Shown: positions 36,145 through 45,672 of the stretch, piece by piece
Position numbering within the stretch: the first letter of the stretch is position 1
Layout: each line of letters opens with the position of its first letter
Assembly (NCBI GenBank): GCA_031292625.1
Contig: JARLGU010000058.1
Span: 8,903 to 72,902, forward strand
Direction: 5' to 3'
Source: Capsulimonadaceae bacterium
Lineage (GTDB): Bacteria > Armatimonadota > Armatimonadia > Armatimonadales > Capsulimonadaceae
DNA: 64,000 bases
Position numbers and translations under genes: made by a program
The notes under the pieces: generated by a model
Told to the model about the DNA's origin: nothing
What the model saw: the letters and a program-made list of their open reading frames with translations, nothing else
The model's database searches: none

Positions 36145-38775
36145 ATGCCGCGCGAACCTGCGCAGCCCGAACAAGCGCCCGTGCGCACCACGCAGGATAT
36201 CGCAGAGGCAATGGTCGCGAACCACCCGGAGATGAACACACCTGAGCATGTCGCCGGGATTAAAACGTTGCTCGATACGCAGGCGGCGCAGCGGGCGAAG
36301 GACAACAGCAGACCAGCGAGCGAGTTCCCGGATGCGGTTTACCATGACGTGACGGGGGAGAGTGCGCCTGGCGCGGAGTCGCCCGACGTGCTGTCTCAGC
36401 ACGGACAGGACATTCAGCCCATTGGGCATGGATCATTTGGCCCAATCTACGATCAGTTCAAAGGCGATGACCATGGGGCAGTTCAGCATCTCATGCGCGT
36501 CAAGGCAGGAGAGGCGGTTGCGGCGCTGCATCATCCTGAAATCGGCGATATTGATTTGCCCTGGGGGAAAACAGATCAGGTTAAGCCCAACGGAAGAACG
36601 CCCAAGGGTGGCAACGGACTGTCGCACATTATCTACGACCGACCGGACGGAACGGAGATTGCCAACAACCTTCAGAGAGACCTGAACGATATGAAGCTGG
36701 TTTCCCGGAACGCCTATCGTGCGGTTCTAGAATCCGACGGCCATTGCTCGATTGTAAGTCTTACACATGGGCGCGACCAAAAGACGTGGCTGTTGTCGGA
36801 GTTTTCGAGGAATGATAAGCCTGCCGCCGAGCGGTCGATTGGCGTCCCCGGCAATCCTGCCGAAGGCAGGACGGCTGAACATCCTTCAACCGCAGGCTCT
36901 AATTCCAATATACCCGAGCCTGCCGAAAATGACACACTGTTCCAGTCCGCCAAAGGCAAAGCTAAGTTGCCGCCAACTTATTACTCTCCTGATGACATCG
37001 TTCTGACCGAGCGCGATCAGGACATGCATAAGGTCGCCGATATTGCCAAGCGATATAAAAATCATGGCGAGCCTGCCCCTTCCATAATCACTAAAAGCGA
37101 TGGGGAGAATCAGGTTATGGACGGTCATCATCGAGCGTTGGCGCTTGAGCAACTTGGACGAAATGTTCCCACTATTGGGATCAGGAAGGATGTCTTTGAC
37201 AGTCTGAAAGAACAAGGACATGATCCTATTGATATTCTCGCCGCAGTTTACAAGTCAGCAGGGTATGGACGCGAGGTTTCTTACCTTCAGTTCAAAGGGG
37301 ATGACCACGGGGCAGTTCAGCATTTAATGCGCGTCCAGACAGGGGAGGCGTTAGCTGCGTTGCATCATACTGACGTTGGTGATATTGATTTGCCATGGGG
37401 CGACGCAGACGGCACCAACGGAAAAGGCGGTCATGGTCTTGCACACATTATATACGATCATCCGGATGTAGATCCATACAAATTGCAAGAGATGATTGAC
37501 GGGATGGAGGTTGTGAAAAAAAGTCCGAACCGGATTATATTACAGCCTCCAGATGCTACTTCTGTTGGTGTAATCGCTCTAGAAAGAAGAGGAACTGCAA
37601 AAAATTGGCTATTAACTGCATATAACAAGCCTGCAGCCGAGGGGAGTAGTGGCGTCCCCGACAATCCTGCCGAAGGCAGGACGGTTGAACATCCTTCAAC
37701 CGCAGGCTCTAATTCCAATATACCCGAGCCTACCAAAAATGACACACTTTTTCAGCACGGCCACAACCCGCAGCTAGACACGCCGGAGTTCAAGCAGTGG
37801 TTCGGTGACAGTGATTCGGTTAATAAAGATGGATCTCCGCAGGTTATGTACCACGGGACAAGGGACTTCAAAGGCCACACGTTCGATCAGAACAAGCACG
37901 GGGGGCTGTTTTCATTTACTGACAGTCCAGACGTAGCCGAACGATACGCCGAAGGCAACGGCGGATACCGATCATATACAGGGACGCTCGTTAAGGTTTA
38001 CAGTCCCAATGGTGGCGGGGCTGAAATATACTCGCCCGTATCTGACGGTAGCCACCTTGGCGTTAATTACGTAGGTGAAGTCAGCGGGAAGATCCTTACC
38101 CCGTCTGACGTTAACGCAATGGTTGAAAGTGGTACTGCTGAAACGACAAAAACGGGCGCATCAGTAATGCCTGTTTACATTAAGACCCATGCGCTAGATT
38201 TAACATCAGCCGAAGGTCGATCAGTGCTTGGTAAGCTAGACGCTCAGCACAATACAATTGCATCAAGAATCATAAATAATGCGAAGTCGGGGTATTTTAA
38301 TTGGTCTGAAACGCAGCACGAGCCTGCATGGAAAACATTCCAAAAGGTGATAAACCCGCAGCTAAAACAGCTTGGTTACGATGCTATCAAATATAATGAC
38401 TGCGGTCACACGACTACGGCTGTTTTCGATCCGAAGCAAATCAAGTCCGCTATCGGCAACCGTGGCACGTTCGACCCCAACGACGCGAACATACTGCACC
38501 AGTCCGCCAAAGGCTCCGTGACCTTCCGCCCTGAGGATGGTAAAGCCGTCGTGCGCATGCTGCAATCCGCTGACATATCGACGGCGGTTCATGAGATTGC
38601 GCACGTGTGGCGCAGAACGCTCTCTGACGAGATGCGCGCCGTTCGAGACTCACTATGGCATCAAGGGTCGATGCGTCCCGCGCCCACCCTACTCGTCGAC
38701 CAACTCGCGCAACGGGACTGCTCCGGCGGATCAGCAAGATGCGATCACCCTGCTGATCCGCCGGACGGCGCTTGA
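36145..38775 (+). CDS. Truncated polyvalent protein of phage/conjugative-element type: duplicated nuclease-like module, ParB-like domain, ART-like module, HExxH metallopeptidase motif
   Basis: 876 aa. Two copies of GSFGPIYDQFKGDDHGAVQHLMRV..GEA.AALHH..(I/V)GDIDLPWG...G(N/H)GL(S/A)HIIYD, a module I recall from polyvalent proteins (PBECR/LPD-type). MDGHHRALALEQLG (ParB/Srx DGxHR). VMYHGTRDFKGHTFD...GLFSFTDSPDVAERYA (ART-PolyVal-like). AVHEIAHVW (HExxH). The last ~45 aa are GC-rich and non-homologous-looking, so the 3' end is probably broken. GC visibly drops across about 36.9-38.5 kb. Confidence 0.6.
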   Translation: MPREPAQPEQAPVRTTQDIAEAMVANHPEMNTPEHVAGIKTLLDTQAAQRAKDNSRPASEFPDAVYHDVTGESAPGAESPDVLSQHGQDIQPIGHGSFGPIYDQFKGDDHGAVQHLMRVKAGEAVAALHHPEIGDIDLPWGKTDQVKPNGRTPKGGNGLSHIIYDRPDGTEIANNLQRDLNDMKLVSRNAYRAVLESDGHCSIVSLTHGRDQKTWLLSEFSRNDKPAAERSIGVPGNPAEGRTAEHPSTAGSNSNIPEPAENDTLFQSAKGKAKLPPTYYSPDDIVLTERDQDMHKVADIAKRYKNHGEPAPSIITKSDGENQVMDGHHRALALEQLGRNVPTIGIRKDVFDSLKEQGHDPIDILAAVYKSAGYGREVSYLQFKGDDHGAVQHLMRVQTGEALAALHHTDVGDIDLPWGDADGTNGKGGHGLAHIIYDHPDVDPYKLQEMIDGMEVVKKSPNRIILQPPDATSVGVIALERRGTAKNWLLTAYNKPAAEGSSGVPDNPAEGRTVEHPSTAGSNSNIPEPTKNDTLFQHGHNPQLDTPEFKQWFGDSDSVNKDGSPQVMYHGTRDFKGHTFDQNKHGGLFSFTDSPDVAERYAEGNGGYRSYTGTLVKVYSPNGGGAEIYSPVSDGSHLGVNYVGEVSGKILTPSDVNAMVESGTAETTKTGASVMPVYIKTHALDLTSAEGRSVLGKLDAQHNTIASRIINNAKSGYFNWSETQHEPAWKTFQKVINPQLKQLGYDAIKYNDCGHTTTAVFDPKQIKSAIGNRGTFDPNDANILHQSAKGSVTFRPEDGKAVVRMLQSADISTAVHEIAHVWRRTLSDEMRAVRDSLWHQGSMRPAPTLLVDQLAQRDCSGGSARCDHPADPPDGA
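36841..36945 (+). repeat. 105-bp direct repeat, copy 1 (within the polyvalent gene)
   Basis: ggcgtccccggcaatcctgccgaaggcaggacggctgaacatccttcaaccgcaggctctaattccaatatacccgagcctgccgaaaatgacacactgttccag. Near-identical to 37651-37755 (a handful of mismatches). Confidence 0.9.
37651..37755 (+). repeat. 105-bp direct repeat, copy 2 (within the polyvalent gene)
   Basis: In-frame duplicate encoding GVP(G/D)NPAEGRT(A/V)EHPSTAGSNSNIPEP(AE/TK)NDTLFQ. It is part of a larger ~0.5-kb domain duplication (36427-36945 vs 37288-37755). Confidence 0.9.
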
Positions 38776-38801
38776 CACGACATGGGATTCCTGTGTAGAA
38801 T
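38772..38801 (+). promoter_or_regulatory. Candidate tRNA-Ser promoter TTGACA-18-TAGAAT
   Basis: TTGACA 38772-38777, TAGAAT 38796-38801. The tRNA 5' end is at 38824. Confidence 0.5.
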
Positions 38802-38823
38802 AGAACGGTTTCCAGAGACGCGT

Positions 38824-38915
38824 GGAACGGTGTCCGAGTTGGTCGAAGGAGCACGACTGGAAATCGTGTAACGGGTTTCCCCCGTTCGTGGGTTCGAATC
38901 CCACCCGTTCCGCCA
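38824..38915 (+). tRNA. tRNA-Ser (anticodon GGA), encoded CCA
   Basis: GGAACGG acceptor pairs with CCGTTCC. Anticodon stem CACGA/TCGTG with loop CTGGAAA. Long variable arm ACGGG-TTTCC-CCCGT. T arm GTGGG-TTCGAAT-CCCAC. Discriminator G plus CCA. A hairpin CCCGCCG-ctaa-CGGCGGG follows. Confidence 0.9.
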
Positions 38916-39038
38916 TTTCCTGCCGCGCCCGCCGCTAACGGCGGGTCGGGGCTGGATGCATGCGCAGGTGAGCATTCATCAACGGCCGCGTGCTCCAACG
39001 ATGCCGCGACTTTCGACGCCTTGAGAGAACGGTCATTG

Positions 39039-40595
39039 ATGCCCGGAACCCGGCTTAGCATGAATTCACGTCCAACCTCATCTCCCCAACTCGCCAAGCG
39101 AAAAACCTGGACGAGATCCTTGCGCCTAGCCGTCGTGTTGTCCGTTATCATCGTTGCCGCCTTCATGCTCGTGAGCGCCTATTGCATATACGCAGGCAAC
39201 CGGGCGGCCGACAGTTCCCGAATGGCCGTTATCCAACCGGCGATGACCGGCCGGTCGATCGTTGTAGTTTCACCGCACCCCGACGATGAAGTGCTGGGTA
39301 CCTCCGGGCTCTTACAGCAGGCGCACAAGCGCGGCGTCCCCGCCCACGTTGTTTTCGTAACGAGCGGCGACGGATTTAAGTTCGGGGTCTCACGCTACTA
39401 CAATAAAGTCGCGCCAACTCCTGCCGATTTTAAGAGCTATGGCGAAATGCGCATGCATGAGTCCCAGCAGGCTGTTCAGGCATTGGGTTTAAGCGCAAGC
39501 GACGCCACCTTTCTCGGCTACCCGGATCGCGGAACGATGGCAATGTGGCGCGATCACTGGAACACCGACGATCCTTTCGTTTCGCCGTACTCGCGCTCAG
39601 ACAAAGTGGTCTATGAGAATGCCTACGATCCCGGCGCGCCATTCTGCGGACATTCGCTTCTATTCGATCTGCTCGGCGTTCTCCGCAAGGATCGGCCGAC
39701 GGACATCTACGTGACGCATCCCAAGGACGATCACGACGACCATTCAGCCGTGTCGGCGTTTACGACCCTCGCATTCACCATTTTAAAACAGTCCGCAGAG
39801 CCCTGGGCTCGCGATCTGAAGATCCATTACTACCTCGTCCACCGCGGAGACTGGCCCGTCCCCCAGGGATACCATCCCCGTGAGCAACTCGCGCCTCCTG
39901 CGCAAATGCTCGCGTGCGATACCCAGTGGAACCGTCTTCCGTTGACCGAGCGCGAGGAGAACGTTAAGCGAGCGGCCATCGAAAGCTACAAAAGCCAGCA
40001 AGAGATGATGAGTCGCTTCCTCGAAAGTTTCGTTCGCAAAGACGAAATTTATGGCGACATCCCGGCGCAAGAGGCGATCATGGACAGCCAGAAGCCTGGC
40101 CCATACGCAATGGCCTCGGGGCGCAACGCGTGGAAAGGCGAGACTCCCGCCGCCATCGATCCGGTCGGCGACACCATCCTGCTCAAGCTTCCCACGGGGC
40201 TGGATATTTCGCGAATCTACGAGCGCCACGACGACGCCAACCTTTATGTTCGCCTAGACGCGAATTCGCGCCTTATTCCGGAAGCCCATTACGACCTTCA
40301 CATTCGCGCCGCCGATCTCGCAGGCGTCTCTCCATCCGAGGAAACGATCGTATCCGTCACTCCGAAGTCGATCAAAGAATGGGGAACCGTAAGACTGCGC
40401 TCAGGTGAAATGGTCAAGTGGCACGATCGAACCCTCGAGGTCACGATCCCCTTAGCGGAACTCGACGTCCCGCGCGACGGCATCGTGTTCATCGAGGCAA
40501 TCACCCGCTTGTCCAAAATGATCTGCGACCGCACCGGCCCTCGCTCGATCCGCGTCCACATCGACCCCACCCCGCCGTCCAGCCCGCTTTCTTAG
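39039..40595 (+). CDS. PIG-L/LmbE family deacetylase with N-terminal TM anchor and a large uncharacterised C-terminal region
   Basis: TM segment LAVVLSVIIVAAFMLVSAYCIY. IVVVSPHPDDEVLGTSGLL and HPKDDHDDH are LmbE-type zinc motifs. About 250 C-terminal aa have no family I recognise. Start is ATG 39039 or TTG 39021. Confidence 0.7.
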   Translation: MPGTRLSMNSRPTSSPQLAKRKTWTRSLRLAVVLSVIIVAAFMLVSAYCIYAGNRAADSSRMAVIQPAMTGRSIVVVSPHPDDEVLGTSGLLQQAHKRGVPAHVVFVTSGDGFKFGVSRYYNKVAPTPADFKSYGEMRMHESQQAVQALGLSASDATFLGYPDRGTMAMWRDHWNTDDPFVSPYSRSDKVVYENAYDPGAPFCGHSLLFDLLGVLRKDRPTDIYVTHPKDDHDDHSAVSAFTTLAFTILKQSAEPWARDLKIHYYLVHRGDWPVPQGYHPREQLAPPAQMLACDTQWNRLPLTEREENVKRAAIESYKSQQEMMSRFLESFVRKDEIYGDIPAQEAIMDSQKPGPYAMASGRNAWKGETPAAIDPVGDTILLKLPTGLDISRIYERHDDANLYVRLDANSRLIPEAHYDLHIRAADLAGVSPSEETIVSVTPKSIKEWGTVRLRSGEMVKWHDRTLEVTIPLAELDVPRDGIVFIEAITRLSKMICDRTGPRSIRVHIDPTPPSSPLS

Positions 40596-40688
40596 GCGGC
40601 AGGTCTCCTACTTGCCGCTGCTTGCCACACATGCGGGCACGACAATGGGGCTAGAGCCAACAGTACTCCAGAGCGTCGGACGAATAGC

Positions 40689-43600
40689 CTATCGTAGCTC
40701 GATCAGTCTCGGCTGCATGGGCGCCAGGGTAATAGCATTCAAATCCACGGTCTCGCCGGACAGGAGATCCTTCACTCGCCCGAAGCGGCCGACGGGTGAT
40801 TTTACAGTGACAGTGGATTTCATCAGGTTAATCGCGGACACGTACGTCTTTCCCTGGTCGCTCACGACACGGTATTCGATTCCGAATATCGGCTGCCCCG
40901 ATTGCGCGTCATGCAACTCTCCTGGGGCGCCCACGTTACGGGCAATTTGAGCAAGCTGCTCAAAGACCACATGATCGTCATCGCTGAATGGAAGCGGCGC
41001 CGGCTTGAGGGAGGCGGGGAGGCTACGCTCCCGATTATAGATATCGCGGCGCAAGTTGCCGTCGCCCAGCGCGATGAGCGTTCCGCCGCCTTTCACGAAG
41101 CGCGCGAGGGCATCGATGGTGCGATCGTCGACATTTGCCGCCTGCGGCAAGAGGATCGCCTTGACAGCCGGTGCGGTCCCTTCAGCCAGTTCCTTTTCGG
41201 TCACGAACGTCACCGGCTCGCCAAGGAAGGTCAGCGCCGTGTACGCCGCGCGAAGCGACGAGGCGTAATTCTTCTGCCAAAACAGCGATGTGCGCGTGTA
41301 CAAGATTGCAATGTGCGGCTGGGCGCGGATGATCGCCGCTGCCTGGCTTGCGCAGCGACGGGCATCCAGCCACGCGCGGCCCGCGCCATAGACATCGGCC
41401 GGGCGGAAGTAGATGCTGCCATAGAGGGAACTCTTCGGATCGGTCTCCTCGGCCCATACCCAGATAGCCGACGCTCCCACTCCGTGGATTGCACCTTGCC
41501 ACATTGCGGAGCGGACATAGTCCGCCGGGACAGCCTCCGTGCTCTGATCGGGAATGATGTGATTTTCGGAGTTGAACACCGGTTGATGGCGAAATGAGCG
41601 CAGGAGATCGTACGTGAGTTCAGCCTCGCGCCAACCATACGCATACTCCGATGATGTTGGGATTGGCGCCGCACTCGAACCCGGCATGCTCGTGTAGTCG
41701 TCGTTCCCGGCTATATCGGTGATGTCACAGAATTGCTCGGGGTCCACGCCTTGATAGAAGTATTCACGTTGAAGAGCGTAGAACACCATGATCTTGTCGT
41801 GCGTGAGCACATTCGGCGCCGCCGCTTTCACCAGGCCGTTCATCCATCGATGCCAATCGGCGAAATGCTTTTCGTTAAATTCTGCCCAGTCGTAATAAGC
41901 CCGCAGCTTCTCGACCGGCGCGGCTAGATCGGGAGGCGTGGACACGGGGACCGGAACATCGTCGAAACTGGCGTACGACGTGCTGTAAAGCGCGTTGAGC
42001 GTTTCGATGTTGCCATGGCGCTTCTTAAGATATTCGATCCACAGTAACCTTGAGTACGCATCGCGGCCACTCACCTGGTAGACCGGCTCGTTGGAAAGGT
42101 TTACCGAAAGAAGCGACGGTTCATTCTTAACTGCAGAAACCGCCCGCGAAACCCACTGCGCGATCGCCTGCCTAGCGACGGGATGATCGATGTTGAACCT
42201 GATAAAGCCTTCGTTGCCCTTAGCGGCCACATCTGAGCTCTTATTCATCGCCCAAGCCGGAAAATTATGAGGCGAGAGCATAAGGTCGTACTTTTCGTTC
42301 GATTCGTTCGCTCGCTTGAACCGGGAAATCAGGCTCTCAATCGCCCCCGAATCGCTTCCATCCGGTCCCAGCGCGTCAGCGCCCATTTCGTTTTCAATAA
42401 TCGACGCGCCTATCCCGGTGAAATTCGGTATGTCCGCAATCACTTGCTTCCAGCCATTATAACCGCCGAAAAAAGTGGGCTGGCCAGAGGCCGTCACGAA
42501 CACGCCGCGCTCTATCCTCACGGGACCGGCAGTAAGAGGCGGAATACTCGGAATAGGTGCGCGCATTATGCGCCCGGTCTCATTAAGAACCGAAGTAGTA
42601 TCTTGAAGCTGCAAACAGCTCCAGTAGTCGCTCTGAATCGATTTTCGATTGTGTGACTGAACCCTTTCCAGATATCGCTGAACAACGTTGAACCCCAGCC
42701 GAATATACGAGTTGTTTTCCAATCCGCGCGAGGCTACCTCAGCACGCATTTTAGCCAACCTCTCCGTCGTCTTCAAGATCCTATCTGAAAGGATCTCCGC
42801 AGCATCGCGCCTGCGTATGTTGGTCCGAGCAATTGGAGCCTTAACCCCGTCCAAACACCCGGTAATCGTATCGGTCCCCTTCGGGAACAGCGCCGCCGAG
42901 ATCGAAAACGACAGGCTTGCGACGGTGCATTCACGAACAGATTCGATCGGTATGCGCCCCAGAACACTTTCCGGCCTGGCACGGCATCGCGATATGATCA
43001 CGACATTCCCGCCGCGATATCCAGCCGGAACCGTGAACGTCAGCGTCCCGTTAACATCTTCCGAAGCATCGTAGCTATCCGGCTCGAACGCGCCTGGCGT
43101 AACCACGAAGCGGCCGGGCGCGAGGGCCGCGGCAGGCCGCAGCCTGGCGGGGTATATCCATGTGTGGCGCTGCCCGGCTTCCGCGACGGCAACATCATCG
43201 ACAAGCAGCTCCTTGGTCGGTCCGTCCGTGTTGATAATCACTAGCCACGTCGTTGCGTCCTTTGCCGTCTTGAATGGAAGCGCGACGCGTTGCCAGTCCG
43301 GAGTGTCCGACGGAATCCTTTGCCGAATTGCCCATCCAGGGCCGCCACCAAACCAACAGTCTTGCGCGCTCTTGGACTTGACCCAGAGGCTAAGCTCATA
43401 ATCCGTATCCGGCCTTAGCCCCGAAATAACCTGCTGGAGCCCGGCGCCGACGTTAGGTCCAAATGCCGACCGATTGGTCATCCGAAACGCTCTGAGTCCC
43501 GAATGGGCGTCAGCCTGAATGACGCAGCCATCAGCATCCGCCATCGAAACATGCCAATCCCAGCCGCTCACTCCCTGCTCAAAACCTGGGTTGACGACTT

Positions 43601-43751
43601 TCAATGCGGCCAAAGGAACCGCTGCTTGCGAAACGCCGCCTAGGTAGACGACGGACATTCCCGCAAGAAATATGTTACGGAGCAATCGGAAACAGTTCAT
43701 ATATTGTTGTCTCGTGATCGATAGCATTGCGCTTTCCGCATGACGTTGCAT
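40689..43751 (-). CDS. Secreted GH42-like (clan GH-A) beta-galactosidase-family protein with N-terminal CBM4/9-like module (cassette E)
   Basis: CBM-like NPGFEQGVSGWDWHV...LRAFRMTN...YELSLWVKSKS. TIM-barrel region with NLSNEPVY (NEP acid/base). C-terminal ILLPQAANVDDRTIDALARFVKGGGTLIALG resembles the GH42 trimerisation domain. Start is uncertain (43751, 43727 or 43700; the signal peptide is clearest from 43700, MNCFRLLRNIFLAGMSVVYLGGVSQA). Confidence 0.65.
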   Translation of the reverse strand: MQRHAESAMLSITRQQYMNCFRLLRNIFLAGMSVVYLGGVSQAAVPLAALKVVNPGFEQGVSGWDWHVSMADADGCVIQADAHSGLRAFRMTNRSAFGPNVGAGLQQVISGLRPDTDYELSLWVKSKSAQDCWFGGGPGWAIRQRIPSDTPDWQRVALPFKTAKDATTWLVIINTDGPTKELLVDDVAVAEAGQRHTWIYPARLRPAAALAPGRFVVTPGAFEPDSYDASEDVNGTLTFTVPAGYRGGNVVIISRCRARPESVLGRIPIESVRECTVASLSFSISAALFPKGTDTITGCLDGVKAPIARTNIRRRDAAEILSDRILKTTERLAKMRAEVASRGLENNSYIRLGFNVVQRYLERVQSHNRKSIQSDYWSCLQLQDTTSVLNETGRIMRAPIPSIPPLTAGPVRIERGVFVTASGQPTFFGGYNGWKQVIADIPNFTGIGASIIENEMGADALGPDGSDSGAIESLISRFKRANESNEKYDLMLSPHNFPAWAMNKSSDVAAKGNEGFIRFNIDHPVARQAIAQWVSRAVSAVKNEPSLLSVNLSNEPVYQVSGRDAYSRLLWIEYLKKRHGNIETLNALYSTSYASFDDVPVPVSTPPDLAAPVEKLRAYYDWAEFNEKHFADWHRWMNGLVKAAAPNVLTHDKIMVFYALQREYFYQGVDPEQFCDITDIAGNDDYTSMPGSSAAPIPTSSEYAYGWREAELTYDLLRSFRHQPVFNSENHIIPDQSTEAVPADYVRSAMWQGAIHGVGASAIWVWAEETDPKSSLYGSIYFRPADVYGAGRAWLDARRCASQAAAIIRAQPHIAILYTRTSLFWQKNYASSLRAAYTALTFLGEPVTFVTEKELAEGTAPAVKAILLPQAANVDDRTIDALARFVKGGGTLIALGDGNLRRDIYNRERSLPASLKPAPLPFSDDDHVVFEQLAQIARNVGAPGELHDAQSGQPIFGIEYRVVSDQGKTYVSAINLMKSTVTVKSPVGRFGRVKDLLSGETVDLNAITLAPMQPRLIELR

Positions 43752-43769
43752 GCGAATCGCGCGCTGCGC

Positions 43770-44516
43770 CTAGTTATACAAGAATGGCGTGCCGCTAGCG
43801 GTGCTCCGTCCCCACAGCGCGACGCAAGCGCTGCTGGGCGAGCCGCCTAGAGCTTCGGGCAGATACTTCACGTGGGCATCGCAAAACAGATAGTTTGCCC
43901 CGTCGTTGTGTGGAAATCCCTGCCGCTCACAGTTCCAGCTTGTCCAAGCGCACGAGGAGGTCGAAGGCGTCTGCCAAACGTTGTTCCATGTGTCGTTTAC
44001 GACAGCAACGGCGAAAGCATTCGTGGTATTCTCCGCAACCGCAATTATCGAGCTCGGCTGCGGGATCTTCGCATCGTTGAGCGGTTGAGTCGTCGAATTG
44101 TAACTCAGGATGTACGCGTTGATCGTGTAGTCGCTGATGTTCGTCGCAGACCCGCCTGGCGTGATGGGCCAAAGCGCATATGAACCCGGTGCGTTTGACG
44201 ATGATGGACACATCCAGACATTCGTACTCTTGATGTAAGGATATGTTACAGTCTCGAACGTGACGACGCCGTAAGGAACCCATGACGAACCGTTCCAATA
44301 GGTCAGCGGATAGCATTCGTCGTAGTCCTGTTTGTACATCGTCATACCGATCCCAATCTGCTTTTCGTTGCTCGCACAGGTCGCCTGACGCGCCTTATCC
44401 CGCGCCGTCGCAAATACAGGGAACAATATTGCGGCAAGTATCGCAATAATGGCTATAACAACTAATAGTTCTATTAGGGTAAAGCCTCGTCGCTTCATAT
44501 ATCGTACAGGTTTCAT
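43770..44516 (-). CDS. Prepilin-type H-X9-DG (DUF1559-like) protein (cassette E)
   Basis: [97 protein letters not shown]. Start set at ATG 44516 because GGAGGAG lies within the 4 upstream codons of the track ORF. Confidence 0.85.
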   Translation of the reverse strand: MKPVRYMKRRGFTLIELLVVIAIIAILAAILFPVFATARDKARQATCASNEKQIGIGMTMYKQDYDECYPLTYWNGSSWVPYGVVTFETVTYPYIKSTNVWMCPSSSNAPGSYALWPITPGGSATNISDYTINAYILSYNSTTQPLNDAKIPQPSSIIAVAENTTNAFAVAVVNDTWNNVWQTPSTSSCAWTSWNCERQGFPHNDGANYLFCDAHVKYLPEALGGSPSSACVALWGRSTASGTPFLYN

Positions 44517-44529
44517 ATTCTCCTCCAAT

Positions 44530-45666
44530 TTAGTCGTAGACGACTGTTGACGACCGGACGATCAGGTTGGATTGCAAACAGATTTGCTTTCGGGCCTTGG
44601 GGTCTTGGCAAAGCAGTAAAATGAGTGATGCCGCCTCGCGCCCCATCGCTTCGCGCGGCGCGCTCAAGGTCGTCAACCCGCGATGTCTCGCTTCGGGTAT
44701 ATCATCGAAGCCGATCACCGCAAACTCACCGGGAGCGTTCGAGCGTTCCGCAACGGCATCCAAAAAGGCAAGCGCAACGCAGTCGTTAGCGGCGATAACG
44801 GCGCAAGCCGCCTCGTTCGCGTCCAGCATCGCAGTAGCCGCATGAAGTGCTTCATCGTAAGCCAACGGCGCGGGGTTTTCGGACGATCCAAATTCGAGCG
44901 GCCGGCGAAATTGCGGAAAGACACGGATCACATCCTCCCCAAACCCATAATGACGAGCCGCATCCCTTGCACCTTTGATCCGGCTATCGCTCCAGTCTAC
45001 ACTAACGGGCGAAAGAAACGTGATTTCGCGGTGCCCTAAACTGAAGAGGTGAGCCGCAGCCATAAACCCTGCCACTTGATTATCGTAACAAACATGCGAC
45101 GCGGGCACGCTGAGCGGAGAGGTGCATATCGTTACGACCGGCAATCCCAGTGTTTCGAGGTCGAGCGCATATTGCTCCACGTTTGTCGCCGGACGTTGGT
45201 CGATAAGAACGAGTGCATCGACGCCCTTGCGGACGAGGTCACGGCCAGCATCCACCACCTCGATCTGAGGCCCGTCAGTCCGGTTTCGATTATAGAAGGT
45301 CGCGCGAGCCTGGCCGCTCCAAGCAATTTCCGCCTCCAGAGCCGTTTCGATATCATGAGACCATGGGTTAGGATCGCTCTGCGGTTTCGAATACATCGCT
45401 CCAAAATACGTGATTATTCCGATGTGGAGCAGCTTCGTTCGCGTCGGCCGCTCAGGGAAAGCTACGTTGCCAGCATCCGCCCGAGGCGGGCGTGGTTCAT
45501 ACCCCATTGTCCGCGCCGCCTCACGGATTCGCTCCTGGGTGACTGCGGGGATACTAATGCCGTTCGTAAGCGCCGACAATACCGTCGATGCAGCGGAGAT
45601 AGAGACTCCGGCGGATTCCGCAACCTGTTTCAGCGTGACTCGCTTAGCCATGGATCGGGTGGGCAT
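44530..45666 (-). CDS. LacI family transcriptional regulator (cassette E)
   Basis: [25 protein letters not shown] plus a periplasmic-binding-fold domain. Confidence 0.9.
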   Translation of the reverse strand: MPTRSMAKRVTLKQVAESAGVSISAASTVLSALTNGISIPAVTQERIREAARTMGYEPRPPRADAGNVAFPERPTRTKLLHIGIITYFGAMYSKPQSDPNPWSHDIETALEAEIAWSGQARATFYNRNRTDGPQIEVVDAGRDLVRKGVDALVLIDQRPATNVEQYALDLETLGLPVVTICTSPLSVPASHVCYDNQVAGFMAAAHLFSLGHREITFLSPVSVDWSDSRIKGARDAARHYGFGEDVIRVFPQFRRPLEFGSSENPAPLAYDEALHAATAMLDANEAACAVIAANDCVALAFLDAVAERSNAPGEFAVIGFDDIPEARHRGLTTLSAPREAMGREAASLILLLCQDPKARKQICLQSNLIVRSSTVVYD

Positions 45667-45672
45667 AAGCCA

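Noticed and set aside
36841-37755. Direct repeats considered as a possible CRISPR or minisatellite array
   Set aside because: There are only two copies, each 105 bp, in-frame and coding within a duplicated protein module. There is no short regular repeat-spacer structure and no cas genes.
38700-39020. Search for integrase gene or att-site duplication of the tRNA-Ser 3' end flanking the foreign segment
   Set aside because: No integrase- or recombinase-like ORF and no visible duplicate of the tRNA 3' half were found in 35.9-39.0 kb. The foreign DNA lies on the 5' (promoter) side of the tRNA, which is atypical for tRNA-targeted integration. I therefore did not call an intact integrative element.
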